The notes beneath the pieces were generated by a model that saw only the letters and a list, made by a program, of their open reading frames with translations, was not told where the DNA came from and did not search any database. From positions 2,170,001 through 2,234,000 of the forward strand of contig JBLDXI010000021.1 of assembly GCA_047495785.1 (NCBI GenBank): DNA of 64,000 nt, read 5' to 3'. The DNA comes from Lepidodermella squamata (Eukaryota > Animalia > Gastrotricha). This document shows positions 36,901 to 50,180 of the stretch, piece after piece (the first letter of the stretch is position 1; each line of letters opens with the position of its first letter). The translations under genes and the position numbers were made by a program.

Positions 36901-39900
36901 TCGCAAACTATCGGATTTCCGGAGAAATTGAACTCGCCAAGGGCCATTGGTGAGTCGCTGATGAAGACCGGCCCCATGGCACGAATGCAGGTTATTTGAT
37001 TGTCAGCGACTGATAAAGACGCCAAAGATCGTGATAGAAGAGTCGAGAAAGTCTCGTTGCTCAGACACGGTAATTTGTTACCATCCAAATTGCTGTAAAA
37101 TTAGTGAAAACAATATTAAAAGAAATTAGCCGCTTTATTGCGGAAAACTTACAGCTTAGCCAGCTGGTGGAAGTGATCGAAAGAGCCGCGTTCAATTGAG
37201 GCGATTTCATTATGAGACAGGTCAAGCTCAGCCAGTTTGTTCATTGAGCTAACAGCGAACGATTCCCTCGTGATTGCCGATATTTGATTAGATCGCAAGT
37301 GTAGCGTTAGAATTTCATTCGTAAGTAACTGGCTTGGGAAAGCCATAAGGTTGTTATTGGACAAGTCCAGAAATTTCGTGTAGCTAGGCACGCGGAAGAA
37401 CGGAGGTAGAATCTGAGCATCAGTGAAGCCAACACCGGAACAGTCGACTTTCATGTCCTCGCAGCGGCAAGCCTCGGGGCAAGGCGGTTCAATCCTGCAC
37501 TCGCCGGCGCCGGCAGTTCGAAGGTACTCGCCACGCGTTCGGCATTCGAACGTGTCGCTGCCGGCGGTTAACACACGTTTTCTGCGAGTTCGGGCCGGTG
37601 CATCGCAGCGGACATTTGTCTTCTCGAGTGCAGGGCGAGATTGCAGAAAATCGAATAGCCATTTCAAGTTGCAATCGCAAATGAAAGGATTCTGGCCAAG
37701 ATGTAAGATGTTTAAATTAGACAGCGTTTCGAATGTGCCATTGGCGATCGAAACAATCTGGTTGTCGAATAGCGACAGAATTCTCAGCTTATGCAACGGT
37801 ACGAATAGCCTGCGTCGAAGGCAGCGTAACTGGTTGTTGTTGAGATACAACGTTTCCAGCGAGCTCAAGTCGGCGAAAACTTCTTCAGGCAGGTCTTCCA
37901 GCTTGTTGCCGAACAAAGTTAGAGATCGTAAATGGCCCAAGCCAGCAAATGCGGTTGGTGAAATCTGGCGAAGGAAACTGTCCGAAATCTCTAGCGATCG
38001 AAGTTGCGAGAATTTCGAAAAGATCAAATTAGGCAGCTCTGTAATTCGAGCTCGAGTGAATCGTCTAAAATGAAGAATTTTCATAAAATGGAAGCTAATA
38101 AACAATTGATTAATTACAGCTCAATCAGGTCAGCGGGTAACTCGTTGACCGGAATATCATGGATTTCTGGCCCTTCGCACGAAACAATCGGCCCGTTACA
38201 GTTGCAAGTAGCTGGGCAGCGGACAGGTTCAGAGCATTTCTCCATCGCCAGCCGGTAGAAAACAGCATCGGCTTTGCTCCTCTCGGTGTTAGTACCGCAA
38301 TCGCGCCACCTTTCGTTAGTCTGCGTCAGCATAACATCGGCGAGTTCGGTCGGAGTTCGGCACTTGGGCACCGGGCCGAGTCCGACGTGATTGTGTAGCC
38401 AGTCGACGAGCCAGGAGGTCCCGCAATTACAGTGAAAAGGGTTGTCATTTAGCCGGCTGGAATGAAAGAAAAACTCTTATTTCCCCCTACTTTTCAGGTT
38501 GTTTTCAAGCTTACAGCATTCTCAAGTTTTGGTCGTTGTTCGGATTGAGCAAACCTTCGGGTACAACCGTCATATTGTTGTTACTCAGGGTTCTGAAATT
38601 CATTTATATCTCAACTTTTCCGCGTTTCACCTTTCATCAATTTGTTCTTACAATATTTCAAGATTCGCCATCTTCGAAATAACTTTCGGCGAGACGCACT
38701 GCAACTTGTTGTCATCGATTTGCAGGTTGACGAGGTTTTCGAGTCCCTCGAGTGTTCTTGGACCAATTGTTGTGAGTAAATTCTCGCTGAGGTCCCTGTT
38801 TTTGTAAAGGTGGATTAGTATTAGCTCCAGTTATCATCATTTTCTGATTGCAGATGAATAATCAACTACATGATTATCAGTGATGATGTTCATGTCTGGC
38901 ATGTAACGCGGACAGATAAGTGTCATTATCGCCATAATTAACGTTGATGTTATTTATAAATAAAACAGCTCAGAACTGACAGCGCGGCGTGTTGCGAGCG
39001 CCGGTGCATTGTTTTGTAGCCAGCAGCCAGCCAGGACAAGTTTTACAACATCACTCATTCGAATGACAATTGACGAGCGATGACGATTTCGCTTATTAAC
39101 GCGCGATTATTACCGTTGTCGTTTAATTGCGCTCGGGGCTAGAACAGTGCACGCGTAGCTGAGGTTGTCGCCCTAGCGAACGCGTCAGGTCAGCGATAAT
39201 TCTAGTATTTGTTTTGCTGTCTTGCGCCAAGTCATCGTGCCGAGCTGGCTACTCTCGTTAATGAACGAACGTGTTAACCGTTGGGCCTTCTTCAGTAATC
39301 GCGGTGCGCAAACACGCGCGCACGTTGCCGATTTTTGAGCGCGCAGGCAGGCGCCAACGTACGATAAAAACACACCTCACGCCCACCACTTAACACCTTA
39401 ATCGCACGCTTGCGAGGAGATAAACATGCTGAGCGAGAGGGCCATGTGATTTTTTGCAGTCATCACTTGCATCATTAATACGCGCCCACAAGATGTAAAA
39501 ATGAGAAAATAACAACTTACAATCGCTCCAAGTTTTTGAGAGTAGAAAACAGGCCATCTTCAAGATTCGACAGCTGGTTGCGGTTGAGGCGTCTGAAAAA
39601 AATGGCGAAAAAATAATTTAATTGTGTTTTGACGTTCAAAGCATGCAGATCAGTGGCATTTGTTTACGCATCAATCGCGCCTAGCTCTCGTTGCGTCAAG
39701 TCGTTTTGTGTATTTAAAGGCGGTTAATAAAAATAATTGGCCGCGCGTCTACAAACATTGACTGCGGAAGTGGGGGCGCGGTGTTTCATTTCCGAAGCAA
39801 AAATGGCACAACTGCGCGACTGACGAGGGGTGTTGAACGCGAGCAGGCCTGATGTAATGCGGTAATGCGCGCGCGGCGGAAATGCCACCCGAGTTCAACA

Positions 39901-41205
39901 AGTTACGCCAGGTTTCTCCAGCCACTGAGAGATGGTTGCTACACTCCCGCGTGTTACCATATTATTTCAACGAGCTGGCGTGTGATGCGCGAATAAACAT
40001 GACACAAGCCAACTTACATTCTTTGCAGCGAGACGGTACTCTCGAAAGCCCCGGTAGCAATCCGCGAAATGCGATTGTCATTCAGGAGCCTGAAACATAC
40101 GAGAAAGTAATGTATATTCTGGGCACCGGCAGCTTTCCGAAAACGAAACTTACAATATCTTCAGCCTAGTGAGACCCAAGAAGTCATCACTTTCTATCGC
40201 TTCGATTTCATTGCCTCGGAGGTCACTGATGAAATAAAATCAGATAGATGTAAAAGAGAAAGGTCGACTCGATTAACAAGGGTCAAATCCCCGTCCCGCG
40301 TATATCTTTCATTCCTCAATTTGTAAATGAAAACTGGCTGCAAGTCAGAATTTCCCATACCAAACGTCATAACTTAAGATTAACGAAAATCGTCCAAGTA
40401 ATTTCGATGCTTAAAGCTCTTCGTAAAATTAAGTGGGAATAAAAATTTGATGCCTAACTTCATTAAGTTCTTGCTTGAACGCTTCAGCATTATAGATCAA
40501 CTGGTACGGTTTTTTTCAATTCCAGTTTCAATTTTTTCAAATTAGCCGATGCAATAAATCACTCGGTTGCTGCTAATCTTTTTCATGGGCTCCGGAATTG
40601 CGCACCTGTTAAACTTGACCCTGTAAAACCCGACTAATAAGCCGGCCGATGATTGCGGTCGGGAATTTCGAGTGCTGCCGAATTGTGGTCAAGAGCCCGG
40701 TTGTAACATTCCTTTGACAGCTGGGCGGTCTCATTAAGGCCGGCTTTTACTAGTCACCGCAATTGCGTGCCAACTTAAAAACGGCGCGATAACAATTGTT
40801 ACGCCGCAATAACGAAATAATGGGAACCCGAACAACCGACCGGGCGCTTTGAAGCGTGAGCGTATCACAAGTGGCATGTTACCTAAACATGTAAAACGCG
40901 CACCGGCCAGGTACCAGCGCGTATCGGCGATAAAGTGCCCGAACGTGAGTGTCACTGACACACCGCGACGCCGAAAAATTCAGCGCGCGGTGATTGACAT
41001 CACAAAACAGAAATAATGACAAAAACAAAACTCACATGCGCTCGGCGTTCGGCGGGAAATTCGTCGGCACCACGCTTAGCCGCCGATAGCTACAGTCGAC
41101 TGATTTGAGGTGGCAATTACATTCAGCAGGACACAGGTCGGCAGTTGAAGAACCACAAAAAATGAAGCAGCAAATTGCAAAAAGATAAAATACAGTTGAC
41201 GGCAT
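33980..41205 (-). CDS. slit: Slit axon-guidance ligand (signal peptide, 4 LRR domains, 6 EGF, LamG, EGF, cystine knot)
   Basis: First exon 41205-41036 reads MPSTVFYLFAICC..CPAECNC..VDCS; 72-nt LRR exons at 40154-40225, 40018-40089 and 39521-39592; LHLGQNPFICDCNLKW; EGF array; C-terminal CGGSCGNACCKP..VKKCGC. Confidence 0.95.
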
Positions 41206-44200
41206 ATCGGAAACCAGTCAAGTAGCTGGCATACTAATATTTCGTTAAATAAAATTGTTTGAAAATCTAGAAAAATGAAACATAAATTTAAGATGCTTCT
41301 ATCTATATGGTGTAATCAATAATAAAGATGGTAATAAGATGGCACTGCTTGAGGTTAGTTTCGCAAATTAGACTCCACTTGAAATTGTTGTCGTTGTTGG
41401 CCCGCTCGCTACTAGCGGCGATTCTGATTTAGCGAACATGGGAGGAATCTATCAAAATTTTCGATATAATTTGTTTGTTCAGCGATGAAGGATGCGCATG
41501 ACGCTGTAATAAAATTACAGACCCCCAACAAACGCGAACGACGAGAATTTCCGCGTTTTTACAACTGCGAGTACGGGCGTAAACAACAAAAATGCGGCAA
41601 CTTTGTTGCACGGCGAAATTTTTACGACAACGCTACTAATTTTGCGAGTTCAAGTGAAGCGCGAGAAGCGCGCAGAACTTTCTGAGGTAGTGGTGCAAAA
41701 AAAACTTGAGCCTAGAGAGTAGCGAGTTTATTATCTCCGCATCTACGGCCATTAACGTGTTTGTGGTTGGCGTTTAGTTGGCGACGATGTTACCAACAAG
41801 AGCTGGCAGATATGAACGCCCTAAAAACAATTGTCACATTTGTAAAATACACACGGAGGTGAGCGCAAGTGGCACGCAGCAGTGAGATCACCTGGCTGGT
41901 CATTAATAAAATAATAGACAAAATAATAACAATGAGACTGCGCGCGCGAAAGAAACTATTAGGCGACTTATATCGTCAATTCCGAAAACATAAAACTTGT
42001 GAAAGATGTGTATAAGAGCAAATACGAAGAGACGTGTGGTGTTCTTTTTAACGGCAGCAGTTTATCATTCGTGAAAATTCACTGCAGAGCGACAACGGCC
42101 AAGACGTGTACATTGCAAAACACGGCTGTAGTAATAAGTAATTGTCGTAAATGTTGCCATTGTTTCGAACAGCAATTACTGCCCGGCCATAAACCGGCTT
42201 AAACACAGACCTGGCAACAAATTGCGCCTGGCGGTTGCCTTACAAAAGAACAGCCAGGTAATAATATTGAAGAGTTGCGACGATAAATAATGACTCGAAC
42301 AGCACCCCGAGAAGAGATCAAGCAGAAGACAGCAGCCGCGAAAAATGTACCATAGGCAGTGAGAAATGGTGAAGAGCGCAGTGCAATAATTTCAACGTTA
42401 TGACCTGTTATCATCGCGCAGGTAGCCAAGTGTGGCTGCGGAGCAATAAGTGGAAGAAGAGCAGAGCAGCCTAATTGCCTGCGATAAAATGTGTTGTATT
42501 TTGTAATAATTAAGAGTAATAGCGATAAAGCTGGTGAGAGAGAATAACGGGTCAGGGGCATGATCAAATACCTGTAATATGTTGAGAAGTTAAACGCTAA
42601 ATCGTCGCCGGTGTGTGCAGCTCGTGGATAAAATAAACACAGGTGAACTGGTGAGCGGAATGTGTCGCACACGGTGCCAGACGCCCGCCGCAGAAAGGTG
42701 AGTGCGGCTCGGTGGGCGGAGCTTGCTATCGCCGCCGCACACGTTACCTGCGAGAGCGAAAGCGCGCCTATCCCGCCGGCGATGTGGTTTGTTCGGGCGT
42801 TGTTGTTTACGGCAACAGGCATATACTACTCCGCAGCCAAACATGCAACATACATACAACACATCAGAGTGAAGACATTGGAAGTGCAAAAGCAGGGTAA
42901 ACAAAACGCTGAGAGAACACCGCAGCATAATTGCCATTCGTCATCTCGTGATCTCTTGTTCGAGGGCCAAGCGCGGCTAGGTCGATGAGTCGGCCGATAA
43001 CAATACACTCAATGCTCAAGATTGACTCTACCAAAGGCATATAGCGAATAATTAGACTTGTAACTGTTACATTGAGCGACACGTCTAGCACGATACGATA
43101 CACGATACCTACCTCTCATTGCCAAAGGTGGAGCAGCGAATTCTTCTCTTGACGTTATTATTAGCTATACTGTGGCGTAATAAACGCGCTGATAATGTTT
43201 GTTGTTGTTATTTATTACACCGATGGCTGCGGATAAGAAGCCGCAAACTATTTAATCGGTGTCATTTAGCGCTGTAAACACGCTGAGATGTCGTGTCTAG
43301 TGGCCGATATTATCGAAAAAGAACAGATGGCCGCCGATAACAAGCATCCAAATTACATCTAAAACAATCGTTCGAATTTCCTTCAATCGACGCCAAGTCG
43401 GCAATCTTGCTCAAGTCCAGCCTAATTTAGATAAAAAAAATCTAGCGCAGAGACCTGTGGGCAATTTTTTTTATCAGAGCACTCAAAAACCGCGCAAGTG
43501 CCAAAAGCGTGGCGTAATAACACCATTATTACCTTTAAAAAAATTATATCAGATTAAGGTAGAGCCTGAATCCAAGGGAAATCAAAGATAAGCTGGAAAG
43601 CGAGAAACAAAAAATGAGTGAGACGGGGTAGCATCACGGTGGTAATTTTAAATCAGATGAAGAGTTCATAAACAAATTCCAGAGGAAATCTGGCGCCGTC
43701 TATTAGATCCATGTTTATCATCAGACTGGGAAATAAATCGATAAAAAGTGTGACATTGACAGCCTGAAGTTTTTTTGGGCTAATATAGAAAGATATAGTT
43801 TAAAACAATTTTTCACGCTGGGGATGAAAAATATTACGGTTGGAAAATCGTCTGTGGTTTCAATTCCTATTTCATTATTTTTAAAAACGGCAACCAACCG
43901 GCGATGATGAAGCTCTTGAGCGCGCGTGCCCAGCAAACAATAAACGAAAACACGCGCGACGTTTTGCGGAATCGCAGAACTATCCTCGTACAAGAAAATG
44001 AAATCGCGAGGGATCAGCAGCAGAGGGGTGCCCCAACACGGCGTAATGGCCCATCGATTCACTCCCGCGTTCTCACTCGCTCACTCACGGCCAGGCCATT
44101 ACAATGTCAGTTTTCGCGACGGCCGCCGTCGTCCCATAAATCGACGTTATTTATCGCATCGGGCGCTGCGGTCTGCTGCTCGGAAAACGCCGCGTCGTTA

Positions 44201-44734
44201 TTACTTCATTTCCACGCCATATCATTGAAAAATCAAGCGAAATATACACAAAATAAGTATTTATTTGTTTTTTATTTTCATAAACACAAAAATTTCGCAC
44301 ACGCGCAGTAATTCGATCTTATTCGATATAAATGGGCTAGAAAAATCTAGGCGATAGCGATTGATATTATAATTATTATTATACTCCTAAAAATAGAGCG
44401 AACTAGCAGAGCATGATACGATAAGATCCGCTGCTTGTAGCCACAAAAACACACTCGCGAGCAGAAACGAACAACAGCAATGCATCAGAATATTATTTTT
44501 ATTCAATCACGCCTTGAGGGAAATATTTTATAGACTGGTCAGAAGGTAACATGGCCCGCGGTCAGCACGGCCAAAATCAAATTAGGTTAATAAACGATCT
44601 TGCGGATAAGGCAATACCATTCACTATATTAAATGCTGAAGATTTGATTATCAGTGCGATGAGTTTTTAAAGGTAGATGCCCGCGAGTAAGTTCGCACAA
44701 AAAAACATGAAAAAATCTCCATTTGGCTTCAGGT

Positions 44735-46853
44735 TTATTTGAAACGCCAAGTTCTTGCAGACCTGTCTCGGTGGACTACCAACGGCGTGTCCGGCTCATC
44801 GTCATTCGCCTCGTCATCCAGGCTATCTGGATATATCGTAGTCAAGCAATGCTGAATTTGATGATTCATAATGGTAAAACTAGTAGTAATGTCATCCCTC
44901 CCGTCGTTCCCGTAGAATAGCACATCGTTGCTTAGAATATTCAGAGTAGGAGGCTTATGTTCGTGCCGATTCAAGCTGCCATTATTGCAATTATTGTTGT
45001 TACAATTCAGTGGCTGCTTCTTTGGGCTAGCTGCCTGCTCGTTCAAAGGCTGCCGAGCCACCGCCAGTTTGAACAATCGCAATTCCTGAGAAAGTGATTT
45101 CGATCGATCATCGATTGGCTCATGCTGCGGTAGCGCTTGATTGAGCAGCCGTTGCCGGTCGTCGCCAATAAACGCTAAGGTATTCGTTGAGGAAGCCACC
45201 AAGCCGTCATGTCTTGGATGCTCAGCATTGACACGCTGACTGCTGTGTTGCTGGTGTTTTATACAATGATTTGATACTGAATTTCGGCAAAACTTGTGAT
45301 GGCCTGAGTAAGGTGGAGCGGCTAGGAGGCTATTGGGTTCAGGAGTAATAACCGGCTTCGCAATTTCGCTTATTGGCGAATTATCCGCACTGAGCGAAAC
45401 TCGCCGTCGCGAAATGATAATAGCAGGCTTTGCCTGACCGTTCGCAATCGAGTTCGAAGTAGATGCAGCCGTGTTATCGCCATAGTAGCTATCGCGGTCT
45501 TTCGAGTACGTGATAACCACCGATGTAGGGCTGGTTTTTTCGTAGTTACTCACAGACTGCGGCTGTTGATGGCGATGGGTAAGGGTACCGCCCGAGGCCT
45601 GAGTCGCCGCGATGTTTTGAGTCGAAGAGTTGCTGAGAAGATTAGCGGTTGATGATACCCTGGAGGTCAGGCTAACAATATTCCCGTTGGACGACACAGC
45701 TTTGTTAGGCGTTGGCTCGTCGACGAAAAAGCAAACGCTGACGACAACCGTGACGACAAAAAAGACGCCTCCAAAAACTGTCGCCAACATGATTCCAATA
45801 GCATCTGAAAATGAATCTCAAAGATTTATAGGATCTATCTTCGGATATAAACTTACTCTGTTCGACAAGTGGCTGCTTATTGACATGATTTCTGATGTCG
45901 ATAAAGAGCATAGGTTGATCCTGCTGATTCAAAGGGATCGAGTTCTCTACGAAGAGAAGAAACACATTGATGCTATTTGAACTTAGCTCGGCAAATCTAA
46001 CCTTTTACGGTCACCTCGTAATCTGCTATGGTGTGACCCTCTTCACTCAAGCATCGATAAATTCCTGAAAAAATTGTATTTTATTCAAAAAATATTCGTT
46101 CATGAAAGAAGATGACCTGCATCGCTCGGCGTGAAACCGTAGACAATGACACTGTAAGCTTCGCCTGACACCTCGAATCTTGAGCCTGAAAGCGAAAAAA
46201 ATATTTACGAAATATTCGCCTAAATTCAGCTCAAATTCTCACATCGATTCGTGAATCGGCCGGAACATTGAAGTTTCTTTTCTTCCTTCCCGTACTTGTT
46301 CGTTTCAATCTCTTCGTGCTGCCACGGGTTGGGGCCGTTTTGAACGGCTTTCATTTCGTTAGCAACTGCGAGTAATTGCTGTTCGACGGAATGTTGCATG
46401 TAGTACTGCGATCCACGGTAACCAGTCATCGCAACTTTTCCGTTGACTTTTAGCGTAGCGCAGTTGGAAACGATCAAAACCTCCCACAACGGGCGGTCTG
46501 GTTGACCCTGAAGCGGCGGAGCTTTGAATAAGGTGCTTCGAAGAACGGGTGAACGGGTCAGATTCGCAGCAGCAGGAGTTGCTTCATTTTGATTGCCGGT
46601 GACGAGTGAAGTTGCTATGACGCGACCTGTTGTCCCCTTGCCGCTTCCCGAGGAAGAGTTTGTCCGCATGCGCTGGGTAGCTGTTGCTGAGATACGCGTG
46701 TTCGGCGCTTGAGAAACCATTGGCCTATCGGGACATCGCATGTGCAACAAGCCCAAGGCGGCCTTCAAATCTTCAAAGAAACATATTGCTAGCTCATCGA
46801 TAAATATTTAGAAAAATCATACCAAAGAACAATATTATCAGCGGCACCAACAT
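44735..46853 (-). CDS. Orphan type I membrane protein with one divergent Ig-like domain and a ~320-aa low-complexity cytoplasmic tail
   Basis: The spliced model gives a signal peptide MLVPLIILFFDLKAALG, then RFEVSGEAYSVIVYGFTPSDAGIYRC..DYEVTVK (Ig E/F/G strands, DxGxYxC), and a TM segment AIGIMLATVFGGVFFVVTVVVSVCFF. Confidence 0.7.
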
Positions 46854-47454
46854 TTTGCTGCTCACATGCAGGCTAAATACCTAAATAAAAGCAGACAGTT
46901 GCTGTAGCTTTTGGCGCTTCCGATATTTCGAGTTTACTTTACTACCAAACTACCAAAAAGTACTTGTTTAATTTGTGAAAAATCGATAGACGTTTAGAGC
47001 TTGACTTTTATCGTTTTACGGCACTTTTACATTCACTGAATTTATAAAAAGCTTTGAAATTGAACTTGAAATATCGGCTGCGCTCTAGCGTCGCCACTGC
47101 GTCGGTCTCAGCGGATGGCGCCAAGCGGTCTGAACTTGTGAAAAAAACTTGACGCCCGCATATTATCAAAATATGCGTGAAGTCATATCTACAACAGCTA
47201 GCCCCAAAGGAAACCTTTTCTAGAACCGATAAATGAGAATAGTAGACGGACAACAACTTTTAAAATGTTTGACCTTTTCGTTCGTGATTACTCTTTTTAT
47301 TTCATAAAACTGTATCGGGGAGGGTCGGCAGAGAGAACGACGCCGTAGCTTTATTTCTTCAACTAAAATCGCTGAAATAAACAGCAAGAAATGATAACAT
47401 TCAAATAGCTACAAAACGGGTTGTACAGAGGGAAAAATGAACATGATATTCCAG

Positions 47455-47893
47455 CTAGAAAAAGTAGTACAGCGGCCAGCCGCGGGCATTCCTGGGCGGC
47501 ATGATAGTATTAGGCGAAATGTATACTTCTGTAGGCTTCGCGTCGATCAGAACCGGCTCAGGTCTACTACCTTCGATCACCTTGATGGCCCGAACGGAAC
47601 CGGCGCGATTGAAACCGGCAGCTACATTTGGCTTGCTGGGGAAATTCATGTAGTTCATATAACGCTTCCGCCGCAAATTCCAAAATCCACCGACGTCATT
47701 CGCTTCCGACCGCTGATAATCGGCGACTGCTGTGATCGTGGAAAAAGAATGGCAAATATTTACGCTAAAAACAGAAATGACTTTATTTACCGGCGTCATC
47801 ATCGGTAGCCCACTGATTTTCAATAGACTCATCACTAGCTGAAACCATTACAGCGGCGAAGGTAAGTAAAAGGACTACAATTTGCTGCTCCAT
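47455..47893 (-). CDS. Orphan secreted prepropeptide, 125 aa (exons 47893-47791, 47729-47455)
   Basis: MEQQIVVLLLTFAAVMVSA signal, acidic pro-region, RRKR furin site, mature part ending RNARGWPLYYFF*; a 61-nt phase-1 GT-AG intron joins the exons in frame. Confidence 0.75.
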
Positions 47894-50180
47894 CTGATAA
47901 CGAAAAACTTTTGCCAAACGCAAATTTGCGAAAAATGTCTCCTTCGAATATAAATGGAGTTTTGCTATTTGATTTTTCGGCTGAAATCACACTGGTAATA
48001 TATAGCCATTAATTATCCGTCCGCCTTGCTGGAGAAACATTAGCGTCGGCTAATGATGATGACGAAACATGTTTTTCTCCTCGCATCCCCTACGATGCTG
48101 AATCACGAATCGCCAAATGATAGCGGCGTGCTGCGAAATATCGGCTGCGCTGTCACGTTTCAGATCGCAAGGAATAAGATTTGGTCATTATATCACATCG
48201 CTTTAATGACGACACAGCTATTTATTAGCCAGAATATTATCAATGGACAAATCCGCTTCGTGCTCAATTTTCTCGAGCCTTCATGCCTGCTAGAAGATAA
48301 TTAAATAATTAAAAAATTTCTGAGAATTGGATTGTATCCAAAAAGGAAATGTCCGGCTGACTTTCCACGCAGTAAGGAAGACTTTTTCAACTTTAGAAAT
48401 GCTAAACTCAACTCCCGGCAAACTGCAAAAAACGGGCAACGAGTGGAAATTGATAAACGAGATCAATCACTGATCAGATTTTGCTCATAAAAACGATATA
48501 ACCGTGGTATTACGAACGCGCTCGAGGACTTGCCGTTTTTTGTTGTGTTTTTTTTCCGCCATTAGCGAATATAAATCTATCAGTATATCGTCGAAGATGG
48601 TGGCATATAGCCGTAGAATATGCGAGTGATTATAGGCCGAGCAGGAAAGGATATCAGGCTCTAATGTTTACTCTGTGTGGTTATTCTTCGAATCGTCCCG
48701 CTTATTCTCGATTCGTGCATTGAGATAACAGAAAAACACAACAACATAATTTTTGACTTATTTTACGGCTCCGTGAAAGCATGAGTTGAAAGATGGCATA
48801 ATAATCTACTACTGGCTCGCTTCCTCAAGGCATCAAGGCGGCGGATGGAGCCGGCATCACAACATGTCGGCGATGAAGCAGAGTGCGAGCTTTTTACGCC
48901 CGCACAGTGTCTATTTGTACGCAGAGCTGCGAGATCCGTTGATGCAAAATGATTCCTAGGTATACCTTACAGCATGCGCTATCTTGGAGAAAAAACACGC
49001 GCATCTCGAATAGCCTCTGTCTAATGCTTGCTGTAATAAGCGAATGAGCTCGAGAGGAAAAAACACTACGATCTGTGTTATGGTCTATTATTATTTTTAA
49101 TTTCTACACCGCCTGTTATACTTATCTTTACTCTTTACATACAGAAAGCCTGAGCTAATATGTACACGTGCTTGCGGACCTTCATCCATACTATGAGCCG
49201 CTCACAATACCGGCACTTAACGGGATAGTAAGGTGCGTCCTGAAAGGCCGGCCTGGAACCGCGACGACGAGCGCCCTCAAAGCTCATTGCTCACTAATGA
49301 CTATACTCTGCTATCAACGCTAATTCTGGCCCTCATAAAACGAAAACCACAAGTGTAATAATCTTTTGCTATGAATAAAAACAACAATAACTCTTAGCAC
49401 TATATTATTGCCATCATTAATTCTCGCTCCCCAGGTCGTAGCAACGCGAATCGAGTATAGATCAACATCTGACTCGCGCGCATTTTTCGCTAATCATCGC
49501 GATTTTTGCGCGCTGCAAGTAAATAACAATAACAATAACCAATATTAGATCTATCTGGCAGCAATCAGGCGGTAAAATCCTACACTAATATACTACCTGC
49601 TACACTCTCTAAACGGAGAATAATTTCGGAGAATTCCAGCAGCTGACGGTGTGTGCAGCGTATTGCTAATGAATAATTGAGCGCGGCAAGTTGCATAGGG
49701 AATCCAGGCTTGCGAGCAAAGCGGCTGATATTATACCGCAAAGGGGTCTAATTTCAAGCGCAACTTCGATTTGATCGAATAAACAGCGTAATGCCAACTT
49801 TTACAACCTTCAACCTCTACTGCTGATTACGACAGGGTGGGTGCAAAATTCTCCGTAGCGTAAAAACCCGGGCCAATCCTCCCATGAGAAATTTGCGTAG
49901 TTCACTGACCTGTTTTCTTTAACGCATTTTTGTTGTTTATAACACCTCTTATTTCGTTGATAAGTCGATAGCGAGACGTCATGATAGTGCTGGTTTTTGC
50001 TAATTTCCTCAACAATAACACACGTCTTTTTTGTTTAATCTTTGCCGCTCGCTTGTTATAGGCATTTATACTACAACATATTTAGATTAGAACCGGTAAT
50101 TTATATCGCAAAACGTCAACGATGTGCCTACTACGCGTGAAGAAGCGCATCACCAGTTAACAGCGCTCCGCGTTTTGACA

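Noticed and set aside
40273-40626. Possible MITE with AGGGTCAA/TTGACCCT ends in a Slit intron
   Set aside because: Only ~8-9 bp of inverted match and no clean TSD.
42199-43103. Overlapping 100-207 aa ORFs upstream of Slit
   Set aside because: No recognisable domain or coding-like composition; more likely regulatory DNA.
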